64,000 nucleotides of DNA. Source: Octopus vulgaris (lineage: Eukaryota). The DNA lies in assembly GCA_951406725.2 (NCBI GenBank), contig OX597838.1, forward strand, positions 6,882,001 to 6,946,000, given 5' to 3'. Positions 1-13,268 of this stretch are shown here, piece after piece. The notes beneath the pieces are model-generated. The model did no database searches, was not told the DNA's origin, and was given only the letters and a program-made list of their open reading frames with translations. The translations under genes were made by a program, and so were the position numbers. The first letter of the stretch is position 1, and every line of letters begins with the position of its first letter.

Positions 1-70
1 TGTATGCGCAGATTTGTATGCTTTATGTATGTATTCTCATGCATATCGCTACATATCTAGACATGCTCAT

Positions 71-250
71 ATATATTTAAATGATAAACTTCTGGAAAGT
101 TTTACAGATTTTTACAGTTCCAGTGATGGAATCTGTAGTGATTGGATCTGTAGTCTTCGAATTAGCTTTCTCCTTACTAATACTAATTACTCAAGATTGG
201 TATTTAAGCAGTGTGTTACGTACCACAGTGTATGTGATACAATTATTTAA
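71..250 (-). mobile_element. 3' end fragment of an RLE-type (R4/Dong-like) non-LTR retrotransposon ORF
   Basis: Minus strand reads YVTHCLNTNLE*L..RRKLIRRLQIQS..SITGTVKICKTFQKFII*, matching the cleaner copy at 6716-6893. Confidence 0.65.
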
Positions 251-282
251 ATTCTATTTCTGAGGTAGAAGCTGTTTTCTAC

Positions 283-447
283 TCAGAAAATGTTTGCAGA
301 ATTTAACTGTTCCACTTACGGACTGAACTGGTAATATGCTACCTAGTAGACTGATGTTGTTCTTTCCTGATAATCCTAGCTTACCCAGATTGTTAGTTAG
401 GTGTTTATTCACTTAAACTAGGGCACCAATTATCATTGGCATAAACG
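283..447 (-). mobile_element. second, more diverged 3' fragment of the same RLE-type LINE family
   Basis: Minus strand reads FMPMIIGALV*VNKHLTNNLGKLGLS...VQSVSGTVKFCKHFL (IIGALG...GT motif of RLE C-termini). Confidence 0.6.
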
Positions 448-479
448 TGGTGGGGGGTGTGGGGGGGAACCAGATGAAA

Positions 480-728
480 GGTCCTTCTCGAGCCAGCGAC
501 TAACAAGTCCGATTTTCTGGATTTAGGGTCGAATATTTTTTTATCCGCTGGTGGGTGGGGAACTCCGGTCCGTTGCGTGGTTACACATTTTTGCCAGCTG
601 AGTGAAGTAGAACGGTATGAAGTAATTTGTTTTGCTCAAGAACACAACTTATCGGCCGATCCTGGATTAGAAACCACAATCTTACCATCATGTGTGCAAC
701 ACCATAACCACTACGCCACGCCCTCCAC
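480..728 (-). mobile_element. tRNA-derived SINE (family C/D), degenerate
   Basis: Reverse complement begins tggaggggcgtggcgtagtggttatggtgttg...gattgtggtttctaatcc (A/B-box-like head), then gtgttcttgagcaaaaca. Related to 30103-30270 and 49720-50020. Confidence 0.55.
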
Positions 729-744
729 TCGCCATCCCTTTTAT

Positions 745-870
745 CTCTTACTTGTTTCAGTCATTTGACTGTGGCCATGCCGGAGCACCACCTGTAGTCG
801 AGCAAATAGACCCCAGGACTTATTCTTTGGAAGCCTAGTACTTATTCTTTTGGTCTCTTTTGCCGAAACA
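745..870 (-). mobile_element. SINE family A, 3' fragment
   Basis: cttgtttcagtcatttgactgtggccatgc...gaccccaggacttattctttg is the reverse complement of the family A tail at 2400-2525. Confidence 0.8.
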
Positions 871-1385
871 TTAAAATATATTGTCCTCAATATATCTTAG
901 TATTTCGGTGTCGATAAATTAAGTACCAGTTGTGGACTGGGGTCGATCTAAACGACTTAGCCCCCCTCCCCGAACTTGCTGGCCTCGTGCCGAAATTCGA
1001 AACTTATCTCCTTAAGCATAATTAAGACTGAGACAAAAATAGAACGTCTCGTCAAAGCCAACTTTTTTTCGAAGAAAAGTGAGACCCCGTTTGTATAATC
1101 TGATAGTGCGGAAAATTTGCACTTAAAATATGTGTGGAGGTCATGGCCAGAGCGCATTTAACTACTAAACCTTGTGTATAATCGATCAGAGCCAATCCGG
1201 GGTTCTTCATCATCATCATCATCATCGTCATCATCGTCATCATCATTTATGACATCGCCGCCATGATTATCATTCACAATGGAAACATTAATAAAATCGA
1301 AATATTTCATGAGACGTCTTTGTATTCCAAAATAATGGAAAGCCATGGCTCCGTACAAACGGAAATACAACAGCACCAGCAGCTC

Positions 1386-1413
1386 TAGTAGTAGTAGTAG
1401 TAGTAGTAGTAAC

Positions 1414-1457
<44 letters not shown>
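1386..1457. repeat. (AGT)n microsatellite, with nearby (CAT)n at 1208-1246 and (TG)n/(AG)n/(CAA)n at 1555-1645
   Basis: Direct reading of the sequence. Confidence 0.95.
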
Positions 1458-1558
1458 CTATTACTATTGTTAGTGTTGTCGTTTAGCAACAGGACGTCAG
1501 TCATCAATATAAATATAGAAAGATGGACAAGCATATGTACGCATGTGTATATATGTGT

Positions 1559-1609
<51 letters not shown>

Positions 1610-2092
1610 ACAACAACAACAACAGGAGCAACAACAACAACAACACCAGCTAGAAGAAGTTACTTATTCCTGTGTGGCTTACAGTGCGACGTGGTTTCGA
1701 TTCCAGGTCGATACAAGTTCACTCAACTGATGGAATTAATCTTATTAAAAGAAACATGAAAGTTATTATAAATCTCCCATTTCTCCCCTAAAATTACAAA
1801 AGCAAAAGAACTATATTAATTATTTATGAAACTGATGTACATCCTCCGTCGCTTTCCACGACGGCAACACACTTGTTCTATCAAATAAGTTACATAACTT
1901 TGCTCGCGTAAAAATAATTTGTTGACCATTGCCAATTAACGTAAAAATGTATGTGTATTCGATTAGCGTAATTTATGTACTCGTTCTGTGTATCGTAATT
2001 TGTGATGAGCTTCTAACTTTTGATAAAAAAAATGTGAATAGCTGTTTTTAGAATTCAAAATTATTTCACAAGTTGAACTTTAGCAATATGCG

Positions 2093-2253
2093 CAGGAGTG
2101 GCTGTGTGGTAAGTAGCCTGCTAACCAACCACATGGTTCCGGGTTCAGTCCCACTGCGTGGCATCTTGGGCAAGTGTTTTATTCTATAGCCCCGGGCCGA
2201 CCAATGCCTTGTGACTGGATTTGGTAGACGGAAACTGAAAGAAGCCTGTCGTA

Positions 2254-2306
<53 letters not shown>

Positions 2307-2525
2307 TTGTGTGTCTGTGTTTGTGTGTCTGTGTTTGTCCCCCTAGCATTGCTTGACAACCGATGCTGGTGTGTTTACGTCCACATCACTTAGCGGTTCG
2401 GCAAAAGAGACCGATAGAATAAGTACTGGGCTTACAAAAGAATAAGTCCCGGGGTCGATTTGCTCGACTAAACGCGGTGCTCCAGCGTGGCCGCAGTCAA
2501 AATGACTGAAACCAGTAAAAGAGTA
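2093..2525 (+). mobile_element. full-length tRNA-derived CORE-type SINE (family A, octopus OR-like)
   Basis: Head caggagtggctgtgtggtaag with B-box-like gggttcagtccc, CORE-like gtggca(t/c)cttgggcaagtgt, internal (TA)n(TG)n, and tail gactgaaac..gtaaaagag. Near-identical copies at 6036, 18821 and 55555. Confidence 0.9.
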
Positions 2526-2695
2526 TAATAAATATGTTGAAATAATAAAGAATTTGGTAAAATAAATCTGGTGTTTCAAAGATTAACAGGAAGGTTCTAC
2601 GGAAAGTGAGAAATAAGTTCACATCAAAACGGAACGTTTGTATCATAAAACTAGTGGAGGTCTCAGGCCTGCTGCTATCAAAGGCCTGGGATATA

Positions 2696-2901
2696 CCGTT
2701 TTTCCGACATACAAGTCGAATTTTGGAGGCAAAAACTTACAGCCAAAAATAATTTGGTCGATTTATACACCGAGACAGCACTGGATGTCTAAAAGTTCCA
2801 TATGAAATGCAGTTTGATTTGAAAAGTTAGTACGATGTTTATTTGCTTACTTTGCATGTTTGTAATAACCACTGTGTCGACTAATATGCCGGAAAATGCG
2901 A
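2696..2901. mobile_element. pogo/Tigger-like MITE
   Basis: Imperfect TIRs ta|ccgtttttccgacatacaagtcga ... tcgactaatatgccggaaaatgcga|ta with TA flanks. Confidence 0.6.
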
Positions 2902-4580
2902 TAACATCAACGAAATTATAGTGGTTAGTGATTTTCTTCCTTCAAATGCTGTAAATTTTGTTCAGAATTTTCCAAATATGTAGCCATAACGGAAGCCTTC
3001 GCTGCTCCAACTCTGGTGCACTCCATAGTGAATGATCTTTAGTTTAACTGATATCTTGCTGCTGTTTCTAGCAGTTGAACCGACCATGTTGAGACTCCTC
3101 TATTTACACACGTAACTGAGATCGACATGCTCTCTCTTTCTCTCCTCTCTATTTCCCTCCTTCTCTCTCCCTCCTTTCTCTCTGTAGATATTTCTCTCTC
3201 TCATCCCTCTTTACCCTTACCTCTCTCTCTCTATCTTTCTTCCCCCTCTCTCTCCCTCTCTCCCTTCCCATTTTATCTCTCGGACTTTCTCCTTACTCAT
3301 TTCATATTACTTTCCAAAGTCGACTTCCAGAACTTTCGGAGACGTAAATATAATTTATCTTTTCCATTCTCCGTTGCACGCATTTGCAAATAATTCTGTG
3401 ACGTCGCTTGAATATATTTTGAGTAATATTTCACTGTTTTTTGTTTTTGTTATTTTTTTCACCAGGTCAAACGAATATGTGGTCGCTCCTATATTTGTAC
3501 AGATAATTGCATTTGACATGTGCTCTCTTCGCTGAGTTCAAAAACTTTCAAAAGTTGACTTTCAGAACTTTGGAGACGTAAAAATATTTTAGTCGACCAG
3601 TAATACGCCCGGTCGATTTAATCGTCTGTCTTTTTTGGTTAGTTCCATCGAGTAATTGGCCTTCTGCCCAACTTTGATATCAGAATAATGGACTCTCACT
3701 TTGGCACCGAACCAAATATGTATGTCTAGTTGGGTATATTTGTTTGATTCGATTCCATTACATCTCTGATACTGATTTTATCGACCCGAGAGCGCTTCAC
3801 TATAATTATGGGTAGGACATTTAATTCTACTATGTTACATCAGTCCATACCGTTTTGGAGGGGAAGGAACAGGGTGTGGTATTAAATATTGCACTTTTCT
3901 GCATATGTTACGCGTAAATAGTCTAGTGTGCAAGTTGAGATTTACATTTTTATTATTTTTTTGTAAGTTTTTTTTCTCGTTCTGTATGCTTCTTTTTTTG
4001 TTTTTGTTATTTTTATTTATTTTATTTTTATTTTTATACTTAATGAAAATACATTGTAATTTAATGATATTGGAAAGTTTCCTAGGGATCCCTTCCGCAT
4101 GAAGAACTTATAGTTAAGTTACATCCGTAATAATAAGAAAATACATTAAGGTAAATGATGCTTCTGTTGGAGGTAGGTAAATGAGAGAATTGAACGAAAA
4201 CCAATCAATAACGGAAAAAACACATTTAAGTTTGGCCAACATAACACTAATCTAAAAGAACAAAGTTTTTAAACGTTTAGAGTTTGTATTGCTTCAATTT
4301 GCCTGTCTGCCAGACACAACTCAGTAGACTTTTCTGGAAGGTAATCTGTGATTGCTACGCAACACTTCCAGGAAATGTATTATTTCTTATCTACTATTGC
4401 ATAACTTTAATTGATCTATATCGTAAGGCAGAATATACTTCTACGTCTCGTTATTTCGCTTAAAGACTACGTGAAGGAACTTTCTGGAAATTTCGCTACA
4501 GTTGTTTAGCAGTTCGACAGCCTTTTCAGGAAGTGTTTTAAATGATATTCGAAATGACATAGGAATCAAATATTATAGAA

Positions 4581-4818
4581 GGCGGCGAGTTGGCAGAAAC
4601 GTTAGCACACCGGGCGAAATGCTTAGCGGTATTTCGTCTGACGCTACGTTCTGAGTTCAAATTCCACCGAGGTCGACTTTGCCTTTCATACATATAGACA
4701 TATATGTCAATTAAATAAGTACCAGTTTCGCACTGGAGTCGATCTAATCGACTTAATCCGTTCGTCTGTCCTTGCTTGTCCTCTCTGTGTTTAGCCCCTT
4801 GTGGGTAGTAAAGAAATA
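4581..4818 (+). mobile_element. tRNA-derived SINE family B, monomer
   Basis: ggcggcgagttggcagaaacgttagc head, B-box gagttcaaattcc, central gactttgcctttcat (recalled as resembling the Meta/MESC core), tail ending gtagtaaagaaata. Flanked by a ~13-bp TSD caaatatt(a/g)taga. Confidence 0.9.
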
Positions 4819-5306
4819 CAAATATTGTAGATGGCTCATTGATGAGTATCTGGGGGCAGGATAATGCTGCATTGCATCATTTCGTCTGATGCACAATCTG
4901 CTATGCAATATTTACCAGAATTTTCCAGAAATCTAGCTTCAGTAGTTGAGCGGCATCTCCAAAGAGTGTTTTAAATCTCATTCTAACTGACGTACGTTTC
5001 ACAGTTTACCCTGATAAGGAGAGCACATATGTTGACAATATAAAGGAATGAGACCCCTATGAGTTCAGGCGCTGTGCTGAAAATCCACCAAACTCTCACA
5101 TCAAGCACAATACTTTTGAAATCAAGAAAGAGATACATTGAGTAATGAAAACATGTGTGTGTATGCGCGCGTGTGTGTGTGTGTGTGTATGTGTGTGTGT
5201 ATGTGTGTTTGTGTAAGATAAGATAGGAAAAGAAATGGAGCAACAATTAACAATTAGAAGTTCATCATTGGTATTAGAATGTCATAGTTTAATTGTAGTT
5301 CAAGAA

Positions 5307-5386
5307 CATTTTACAACTGTTTCGATTTGTTATTTGAAAGTAAATTTGCATTTACCTCGGGCCATTTAACAAACATCGTCAGAATG
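5307..5386 (-). ncRNA. degenerate type I hammerhead-ribozyme-like motif in a probable PLE relic (about 5210-6030)
   Basis: Minus strand reads catt-CTGACGA-tg-tttgtta...taacaaa-tc-GAAA-cagttg-TA-aaatg. Upstream on the minus strand is K*CSDPILGT*, resembling a PLE Cys linker (weak). Confidence 0.5.
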
Positions 5387-6035
5387 ATTTAGAATTTATC
5401 TAAGGAATATAGATAGGAGAAAAATGGAAATGAAAAGAAACAGAAAAATGAAGAAAAAAAAGCAGAAGTTCGTTTAAGTCTTTAGGCTTATATTTTCGTG
5501 CCCTTTTTGGGCTCCACGTGTGTGTACGTTTCTTCAATTAGATGAATCAATTGCGGCCACATTTTATAAACGTGTCTTTCCCTATTTAGCTTTTCACACT
5601 TATCACCATAACAGAGTAAAGAGCTCATGTCCCCAGGATGGGATCACTGCACTATTTTAGAATACATGATATCGGTTTGACTAAGTGTTATTGTGTTTGT
5701 TTATCTTTCACGTTAAAGGAAGGAGTGTAGGAGATAAGGATTGCTATACAACGGCTCCATTGCTTCTTTCAATGGTTTTCATTTTCCCTCCTTTGTGAAC
5801 AGTGTGTGGTCTATAGTGATAGGAATTGCCTTGTTTTCTGGCCTTTGTAGAGAATTCTCATTTGTTGCAGACACATTGCAAAACCATTAATGTTCCTCGT
5901 GCTTTTGTATTGGTATTATTTGTTGTTTGTTTTTGGCGTTGTCAAGAAAACCCAGATTTAGCCGGTCTATGAGCAACAGTTTTCCACTTGTAGCCATCCG
6001 TGTTATTACAACCGCAATTAAAATTAAACATACAT

Positions 6036-6436
6036 AGGAGTGGCTCTGTGGTAAGTAGCTTGCTAACCAACCACATGGTTCCGGGTTCAGTCCCACTGCG
6101 TGGCACCTTGGGCAAGTGTCTTCTGCTATAGGCCCGGGCCGACCAATGCCTTGTGAGTGGATTTGATAGACGGAAACTGAAAGAAGCCTGTCGTATATAT
6201 ATATATATAATGTGTGTGTTTGTGTGTCTGTGTCTGTCCCCCTAGCATTGCTTGGCAACCGATGCTGGTGTGTTTACGTCCCCGTTACTTAGCGGTTCGG
6301 CAAAAGGGACCGATACAATAAGTACTGGGCTTACAAAAGAATAAGTCCCGGGGTCGATTTGCTCGATTAAAGGCGGTGCTCCAGCATGGCCGCAGTCAAA
6401 TGACTGAAACAAGTAAAAGAGTTAAAGAGTAAAAGA

Positions 6437-6439
<3 letters not shown>
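6036..6439 (+). mobile_element. full-length SINE family A
   Basis: Colinear with 2093-2525; tail repeats gtaaaaga. Confidence 0.9.
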
Positions 6440-6472
<33 letters not shown>

Positions 6473-6715
6473 GTATGGCAGTACGGTGATGATGGTGGTG
6501 TTGTGCTTAGCGTTTGCACATACGTTATTGCTCTGGTTATTAGTTCCTTGTTATTTGTTTTAGTTGGTGATGGTCATCTCCCTACTATCATGTCTATGTG
6601 TATGGTATGTATGTATGTATGTATGTACGCCAGTTTTGTATGTTATCTCTTATGTATTTATTCTCATGCATACACATGCATATGTAAACAAGTTCATATA
6701 TATTTGAGTAAAAAA

Positions 6716-6893
6716 AATTCTGGAACGTTTTACAGATTTTTACAGTTCCACTGATTGCTTGGCTTTGTAGTTTTCGAATCCCCTTTCTCCTTTCTGGTTT
6801 TGAGAAGCCTAAATTCCTAAGATTGGGACCAAGGCAATGTGTTACATATTCCAGTGCCCCAATAATTACAGGTATAAACCTGAACTTGTAATC
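6716..6893 (-). mobile_element. RLE-type (R4/Dong-like) LINE ORF C-terminus
   Basis: Minus strand reads DYKFRFIPVIIGALEYVTHCLGPNLRNLGFSKPERRKGIRKLQSQAISGTVKICKTFQNF. The 3' UTR (about 6650-6715) also matches positions 25-70. Confidence 0.7.
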
Positions 6894-6975
6894 TGTATGT
6901 ATGCATGTATGTATCTATGGATGTATGTTTGTATGTGTGCATGCATGTGTGAATGTTTTTGATACAGATGTCTTA

Positions 6976-7234
6976 GGCGCCTGGCTTAATGGTTAGGCGT
7001 GTTACGTCCTTGAGCAAGACACTTTATTTCTCGTTTCTCCTGTTCACTCACCAGGCAAGTATGAGTCGTACCGGTATTTCAAATGACCAATCATGTCACA
7101 TTCCCTCTCAGAACGGCGTTAAAAGTACGCACGTCTGCAGTGGGATCAGCATCTTGCACGCTCATTTCGTGAGCTGGTGGTTCCACTGATTGGATTAACT
7201 AGATCACCTATCGTCGCAAACGACGGAGATCCAG
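6976..7234 (+). mobile_element. SINE family C, degenerate
   Basis: tccttgagcaagacactttatttc core and 3' part ...ttccactgattggattaact...acgacggag, shared with 15720-15985 and 27825-28192. Confidence 0.65.
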
Positions 7235-7746
7235 TCTTCTCTGTGTAAACGGACAGATATATTTGTGTGTGTATGATTACTTATATATGTATGTGAGCTT
7301 GTGTCTTTATACGTCTCTACCTGTATGGATGGATATACAACAATATCTGCTTGTGTGTGCGTGTGTATGTTTGTGTGTGTGTATATATATATGGGTGTGT
7401 GTGTACGTACATGTTAATATCTACATGCCAGTGTCAATATGTTTGTGTTGGTATACATATATATCTGTATGTATGATTGTTTGTTTGTTTTTATATCTAA
7501 ATGTATATATGCGCTCGTGTTTATAAATATATGTTTGTGTATATGTTTATATATATATATATACATATATACAAATATATATATATATATATATATACAC
7601 ATGTCTCTTTGTTGAAAATTGTGTTTGTTGTCGTGTTTATATGTAAATGTGTGTGTATGAATATATGTGACAATATGTTTGTGTTTATATACACATGTAT
7701 ATATGCCTGGGTGTGTCTATTTGTGTGCGTGCGTGCGTGTGTGTGT

Positions 7747-7780
<34 letters not shown>

Positions 7781-7953
7781 TTGTGAATGTGTGTGTCCGA
7801 TCAGGTCTATGTGTTTCACTAATTTCTATCAATACAATATAAACACGCGCCATCTTTTTCGTTGGTGTGGTTAATCGATGTTTCATCAAATCGATACATT
7901 CAATACACAAAATTGATTTATTTGATGATCTCAGACCACAAACATTATAAATT

Positions 7954-8008
<55 letters not shown>

Positions 8009-8183
8009 GCACAGCATCAAAACATTTCTCTCCTTTTCATCGTTGTTTTAATAACCCCTCTCACGCTCCGTCACTCTCTCTCTCTCTCTCCCTCTCCCTC
8101 TCTCGCCTATTTCTCTCTTTCTTCTCTCTTTGTCCTGTTATCTATGTATCTACCTATCTATCTATTTGCCTGTCGTCTGTCCC

Positions 8184-8670
<487 letters not shown>

Positions 8671-9040
8671 TAAATTTTAGTTGCAGATCAGCTGTCATTG
8701 AACTGACTGACCTAAGCTCGAAAGTAGTTCGAACCGTTGTACTCCACATCTCTCATTTTCCGGCATAGTGTATCAAGCACTATATTTCCTAAAGCCTCCT
8801 AAATAGATTTAGATCTGCGTATCGATCACCCCTTTGTTTTATTTATTTATTTATTTGCTTGTTTGTTTGTTTGTTTTTAATTCTCTGACGAGCATCTTTC
8901 AGAGACGACTCCTCCGTCCTCTATGACCGATTTAGTTCCGGATATTATTTTCCCACGAGTAACTATTTAAATCACCACCGCCTGTACTCTATTTAAATAC
9001 TATGAAAGAAAGGTGGTATATATTTTCTCCTTCTTTCAAA

Positions 9041-9853
9041 GGCGGCGAGCTGGCAGAAACGTTAGCACGCCGGGCGAAATGCTTAGCGGTATTTCGTCTG
9101 CCGCTACGTTCTGAGTTCAAATTCCGCCGAGGTCGACTTTGCCTTTCATCCTTTCGGGGTTGATAAATCATGTACCAGTTACGCACTGGCGTCGATATAA
9201 TCGATTTAATCCGTTTGTCTGTCCTTGCTTGTCCTCTCTGTATTTAGCCCCTTGTGGGTAGTAAAGAAATAAGAATCGTTAGCACGCCGGGTGAAATGCT
9301 TAGCGGTATTTCGTCTGCCGTTACGTTCTGAGTTCAAATTCCGCCGAGGTGGACTTCGCCTTTCATCCTGTCGGGATCGATTAAATAAGTACCAGTTTCG
9401 CACTGGGGTCGATATAATCGACTTAATCTGTGTGTCTGTCCTTGTTTGTCCCCTCTATTTAGCCCCTTGTGAGTAGTAAAGAAATAGGTATTTCGTCTGC
9501 CGCTACGTTCTGAGTTCAAATTCCGCCGAGGTCGACTTTGCTTTTCATCCTGTCGGAGTCGATTAAATAAGTACCAGTTTCGCACTGGGGTCGATACAAT
9601 CGACTTAATCCGTTTGTCTTTCCTTGTTTGTCCTCTCTGTGTTTAGCCCATTGTGGGTAGTAAAGAGATAGGTATTTCGTCTGTCTTTATATTCTAAGTT
9701 CAAATTCCACCGAGGTCGACTTTGCCTTTCATCCTTTCAGGCTCGATAAATCAAGCACCAGTTTCGCACTGGGGTCCATGTAATCGACTTAGTCCCTTTG
9801 TCTGTCCTTGTTTGTCTCCTCTATGTTTGGCCCCTTGTGGGTAGTAAAGAAAT
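9041..9853 (+). mobile_element. SINE family B tetramer
   Basis: Units 9041-9271, 9272-9486, 9487-9670 and 9671-9853. The whole array is flanked by a ~21-bp imperfect direct repeat tatattttct(c/a)ctt(c/g)tttcaa (9019-9039 / 9855-9875). Confidence 0.9.
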
Positions 9854-9859
9854 CTATAT

Positions 9860-10290
9860 TTTCTACTTGTTTCAATCATTGGAATGCGGCCATACAGGAG
9901 CACAGCTTTGAAGGGTTTTGGTTTTTTTTTAAAGTTGAACGATTGATCTAGTATTTAACTTTCTTTTTCTTTAATTTTTTTTTCATACTTTTAAGCATGG
10001 TTCTTTATCGGACACTCACGCAGAAACGGTCAATTTACGACTACGGAACCAAACGTAACCGAACCATACGTACACTGGTTGTCATGCGTTTGTGATGGAG
10101 AAGGGCAAACATGAAAGTACACGTACGCATATAAGCAAGCGCATACACACACACACGACAAACTTCTTTCCGTGTACCAAATCCCCTCACAAGTCTTTGA
10201 CTGGCTTTGGAACTACAGTAGAAAGCACCAGCCCAAGGTGCCACGCTGTGGGACCGAACCCAGTGCTATGTCTTTGGAGATCAACCTTCT
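9860..10290 (-). mobile_element. old SINE family A copy
   Basis: acttgtttcaatcattggaatgcggccata...cccaaggtgccacgctgtgggaccgaaccc is the reverse complement of family A. Confidence 0.7.
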
Positions 10291-11277
10291 TACAACATTG
10301 TCATGCCCTTTCTGTATTTACTTATTAAGATTTTGAAGTTTTATTACAGTTATCGTTGTTGTTATTGTTATTTTTGTTGCTGTCATACGTGAAACAGTTT
10401 AACATATTACATTTAAATTTCATTTTTAAATTTAAGACTGTAGTCCCTCGCCTTATCGCTTTTCCCCTGTCGGGGTTCACCTATCGCTTTTCATGGTCTC
10501 TCTCTCTCTTTCTCATCTCTCCCTCTTTCTCTCCACCTGATCTCATTCTCTATCTCTCTGCCTCTCTCATATCTCAGTGATACGAACACACAGCGGGGCT
10601 TCTATTTTCTCTCCTCAACCTGCTTTCAATAACGGCAAAATAACTCTTCAAACACAACCTGCTGTTCCAAAACCTCAACGACACATTACTTAATGGTTTC
10701 CGATTAGGGCATAAGGCCAAGACAATCGTGGACAGATCGATGGCCGATACTCGTGACCCACTATTCTATTTCATCAACCGGGATAGGATGAAAAAAGTAA
10801 AAGCAGATGCTGGCGGGATTTGAACGCACAAGTTAATGAGTCACAAGAAAATAGCGGAAGGAAAATCTATAGTAAAAGACACTTTTCCGAGGTGCCACGC
10901 AGTGCGATTGAACCCGGGACTATATGGATGAGAAGCAATAAGTTGTGTAATGCAAAACAACGCCACGGAGTAATCGACGTAAGCTTAAATGTCACACTGT
11001 CGCCCGAACAAGAGTAAACTTCCATGGAGGCTGTGGCTGCTGTTGCTACTGCTACTACTGCTACTACTACTACTACTGCTACTACTACTACTACTACTAC
11101 TACTGCACCTACTACTACTAACACCACTACCATCACCACTACTACTACTATACTACTACAACCACTACTACAAATTCTGCTACTAATATTACTACAACAA
11201 CTAAAAATAATAATAGTAATAAAAGAAGAAGAAGAAGAAATCCTTATGATTATTATTAATAATAAATAATTAATAAA

Positions 11278-11680
11278 GGCGGTAAGCTGGCAGAAACGTT
11301 AGCACGGCGGGCGAAATTCTTTGTGGTATATCGTCCGCTGCTACGTTCTGAGTTCAAATTCCGCCGAGGTCGACTTTGATTTCATCCTTTCGGGGTCTTT
11401 TAAATAAGTACCAGTTTCGCGTTGGGGTCGATAATATCGGCTTAATCCGTTTGTCTGTCCTCGTTTGTCCCCTCTGTGTGTAGCCCCTCGTGGGTAGTAA
11501 AGAAATAGGTATTTCGTCTGCCGCTACATTCTGAGTTCAAATTCCGCCGGGGTCGACTTTGCCTTCCATCCTCTAGGGGTCGATAAATTAAGTACCAGCT
11601 GCGTACTGAGGTCGATATAATTGACTGCCCCCCACCCCAAACATTTCGGGCTTTGTGCATAGGGAAGAAAAGGTAAAAAT
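11278..11680 (+). mobile_element. SINE family B dimer, second unit with an alternative 3' tail
   Basis: Unit 1 spans 11278-11507 and joins at gaaata|ggtatttc. Unit 2 ends ccccaaacatttcgggctttgtgc, the tail type also seen at 37560-37610. Confidence 0.85.
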
Positions 11681-11934
11681 TATTATTATTAATATTGTTG
11701 TTGCATATATATATACATATATATAAGCACATACATACATAATTACGTAACGTACGTATATACGTAACAAGAGAAACCTCGTTAAAATGTGGTTTGCACG
11801 AGAGCTTGAGAGATATACATTTTGCAACAGAAGTACATACATTCTTTGACGTAGAGTGACGAATGCAGAACCGATTGACACACAATCGAAGCCACATTTA
11901 ATACATGACATTTATACATACATACATACATACA

Positions 11935-11968
<34 letters not shown>

Positions 11969-11994
11969 CATACATGCATACATACATACATGCA

Positions 11995-12030
<36 letters not shown>

Positions 12031-12198
12031 TATATATAGACAGCTGACAAGCAGCCTGTGCTCCTGTGACTGACAGTCACACAGACACAGCAGGACGTGC
12101 ATGTGCATGTGTGTATGTCTGTTTGTGTTTCTCTGTGTGTGTGTGTGTGTGTGTGTGTGTTGGTGTGTGGGTGGTTGTCTGTGAGTGTGTGTGTATCC

Positions 12199-12241
<43 letters not shown>

Positions 12242-12709
12242 TGTGTGTGTGTGTGTGTGTTTGTGTGTGTGAGCTTGTAGGTCTAACGAGCGATTCTTAC
12301 GGAGAGAAAACAAACTAAATTTGCCTGTCACTCTCTTCTCCCCCACAAGCAACCGATCGTGCGTGCGTGCGTGCGGGCGTGCGGGCGTGCACACGTACAG
12401 ACGGTAGAAATTAAGAGTTTTGCTCGGCAGACACGATGCAGCGATGCAGTCAGGTGCACAGACGATCAGGCAGAAATACCAACAGACAAACTGACTGACT
12501 GACAGACAGGCAGACACAGAAAAATGCTCTGGCTGACAGTCACAGATTTAAGACGAAGGTAAAGGAGCGTCTGTATCGACGAAGGATACACAGGAACATT
12601 CAGCCGCACACACAGACAGGTATGCTGTTCTCATGCACGGAAGCAGACACCTAATTATGCACATGCACGCACCTGCATGTGCACTTATATCTATCTATAT
12701 ATGTGTGCA

Positions 12710-13165
12710 GGTTGCTTGCCAACTAAATGGTTCCGGGTTCAGTCCCACTGCGTGGAATTTTGCGTAAGTGTATTCTATAATAGCCCCGAGCCGACCAGAG
12801 CCTTGTGAGTGGATCTGGTAGATGGAAACTGAAAGTAAACCCGTGGTATATATATATATATATATATATATACACAAATACATATATATATATGTGTCTG
12901 TGTATGTGTGTGTGTGTGTGTGTATGTGTGTGTGTGTGTGTGTGTGTATGCATTTGTGTATATCCATGTGTGTGTCTGAGTTCGTCTCCCCAACATCGCT
13001 TGAAAACCGATGCTCGTGTGGTTACGTCCCCGTAACTTAGCGGTGAGGCAAAAGAAATCGATACAATAAGTACTAGACTTGCAAAGAATAAGGCCTGGGG
13101 TTGATTTGCCCGGCTAAAGGCAGTGCTCCAGCACGGCTGCAGGCGAATAGCTGAAACAAGTAAAA
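12710..13165 (+). mobile_element. SINE family A copy with expanded internal (TA)n/(TG)n
   Basis: atggttccgggttcagtcccactgcgtgg ... gcagtgctccagcacggctgc...gaaacaagtaaaaga. Confidence 0.85.
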
Positions 13166-13181
13166 GATTAAAAAATAGAAC

Positions 13182-13215
<34 letters not shown>

Positions 13216-13216
13216 G

Positions 13217-13268
<52 letters not shown>

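Noticed and set aside
2093-2160. tRNA genes at SINE heads (also 4581, 9041, 27825, 49720)
   Set aside because: A/B-box-like motifs are present, but there is no complete cloverleaf and each head runs into a SINE body.
8883-8912. ctgacga motif as a hammerhead core
   Set aside because: No GAAA or helix III follows at a suitable distance.
9041-9853. CRISPR-like or retrozyme-like tandem array
   Set aside because: Units are whole ~183-230-bp SINE bodies with no unique spacers and no cas genes, and I found no hammerhead core on either strand.
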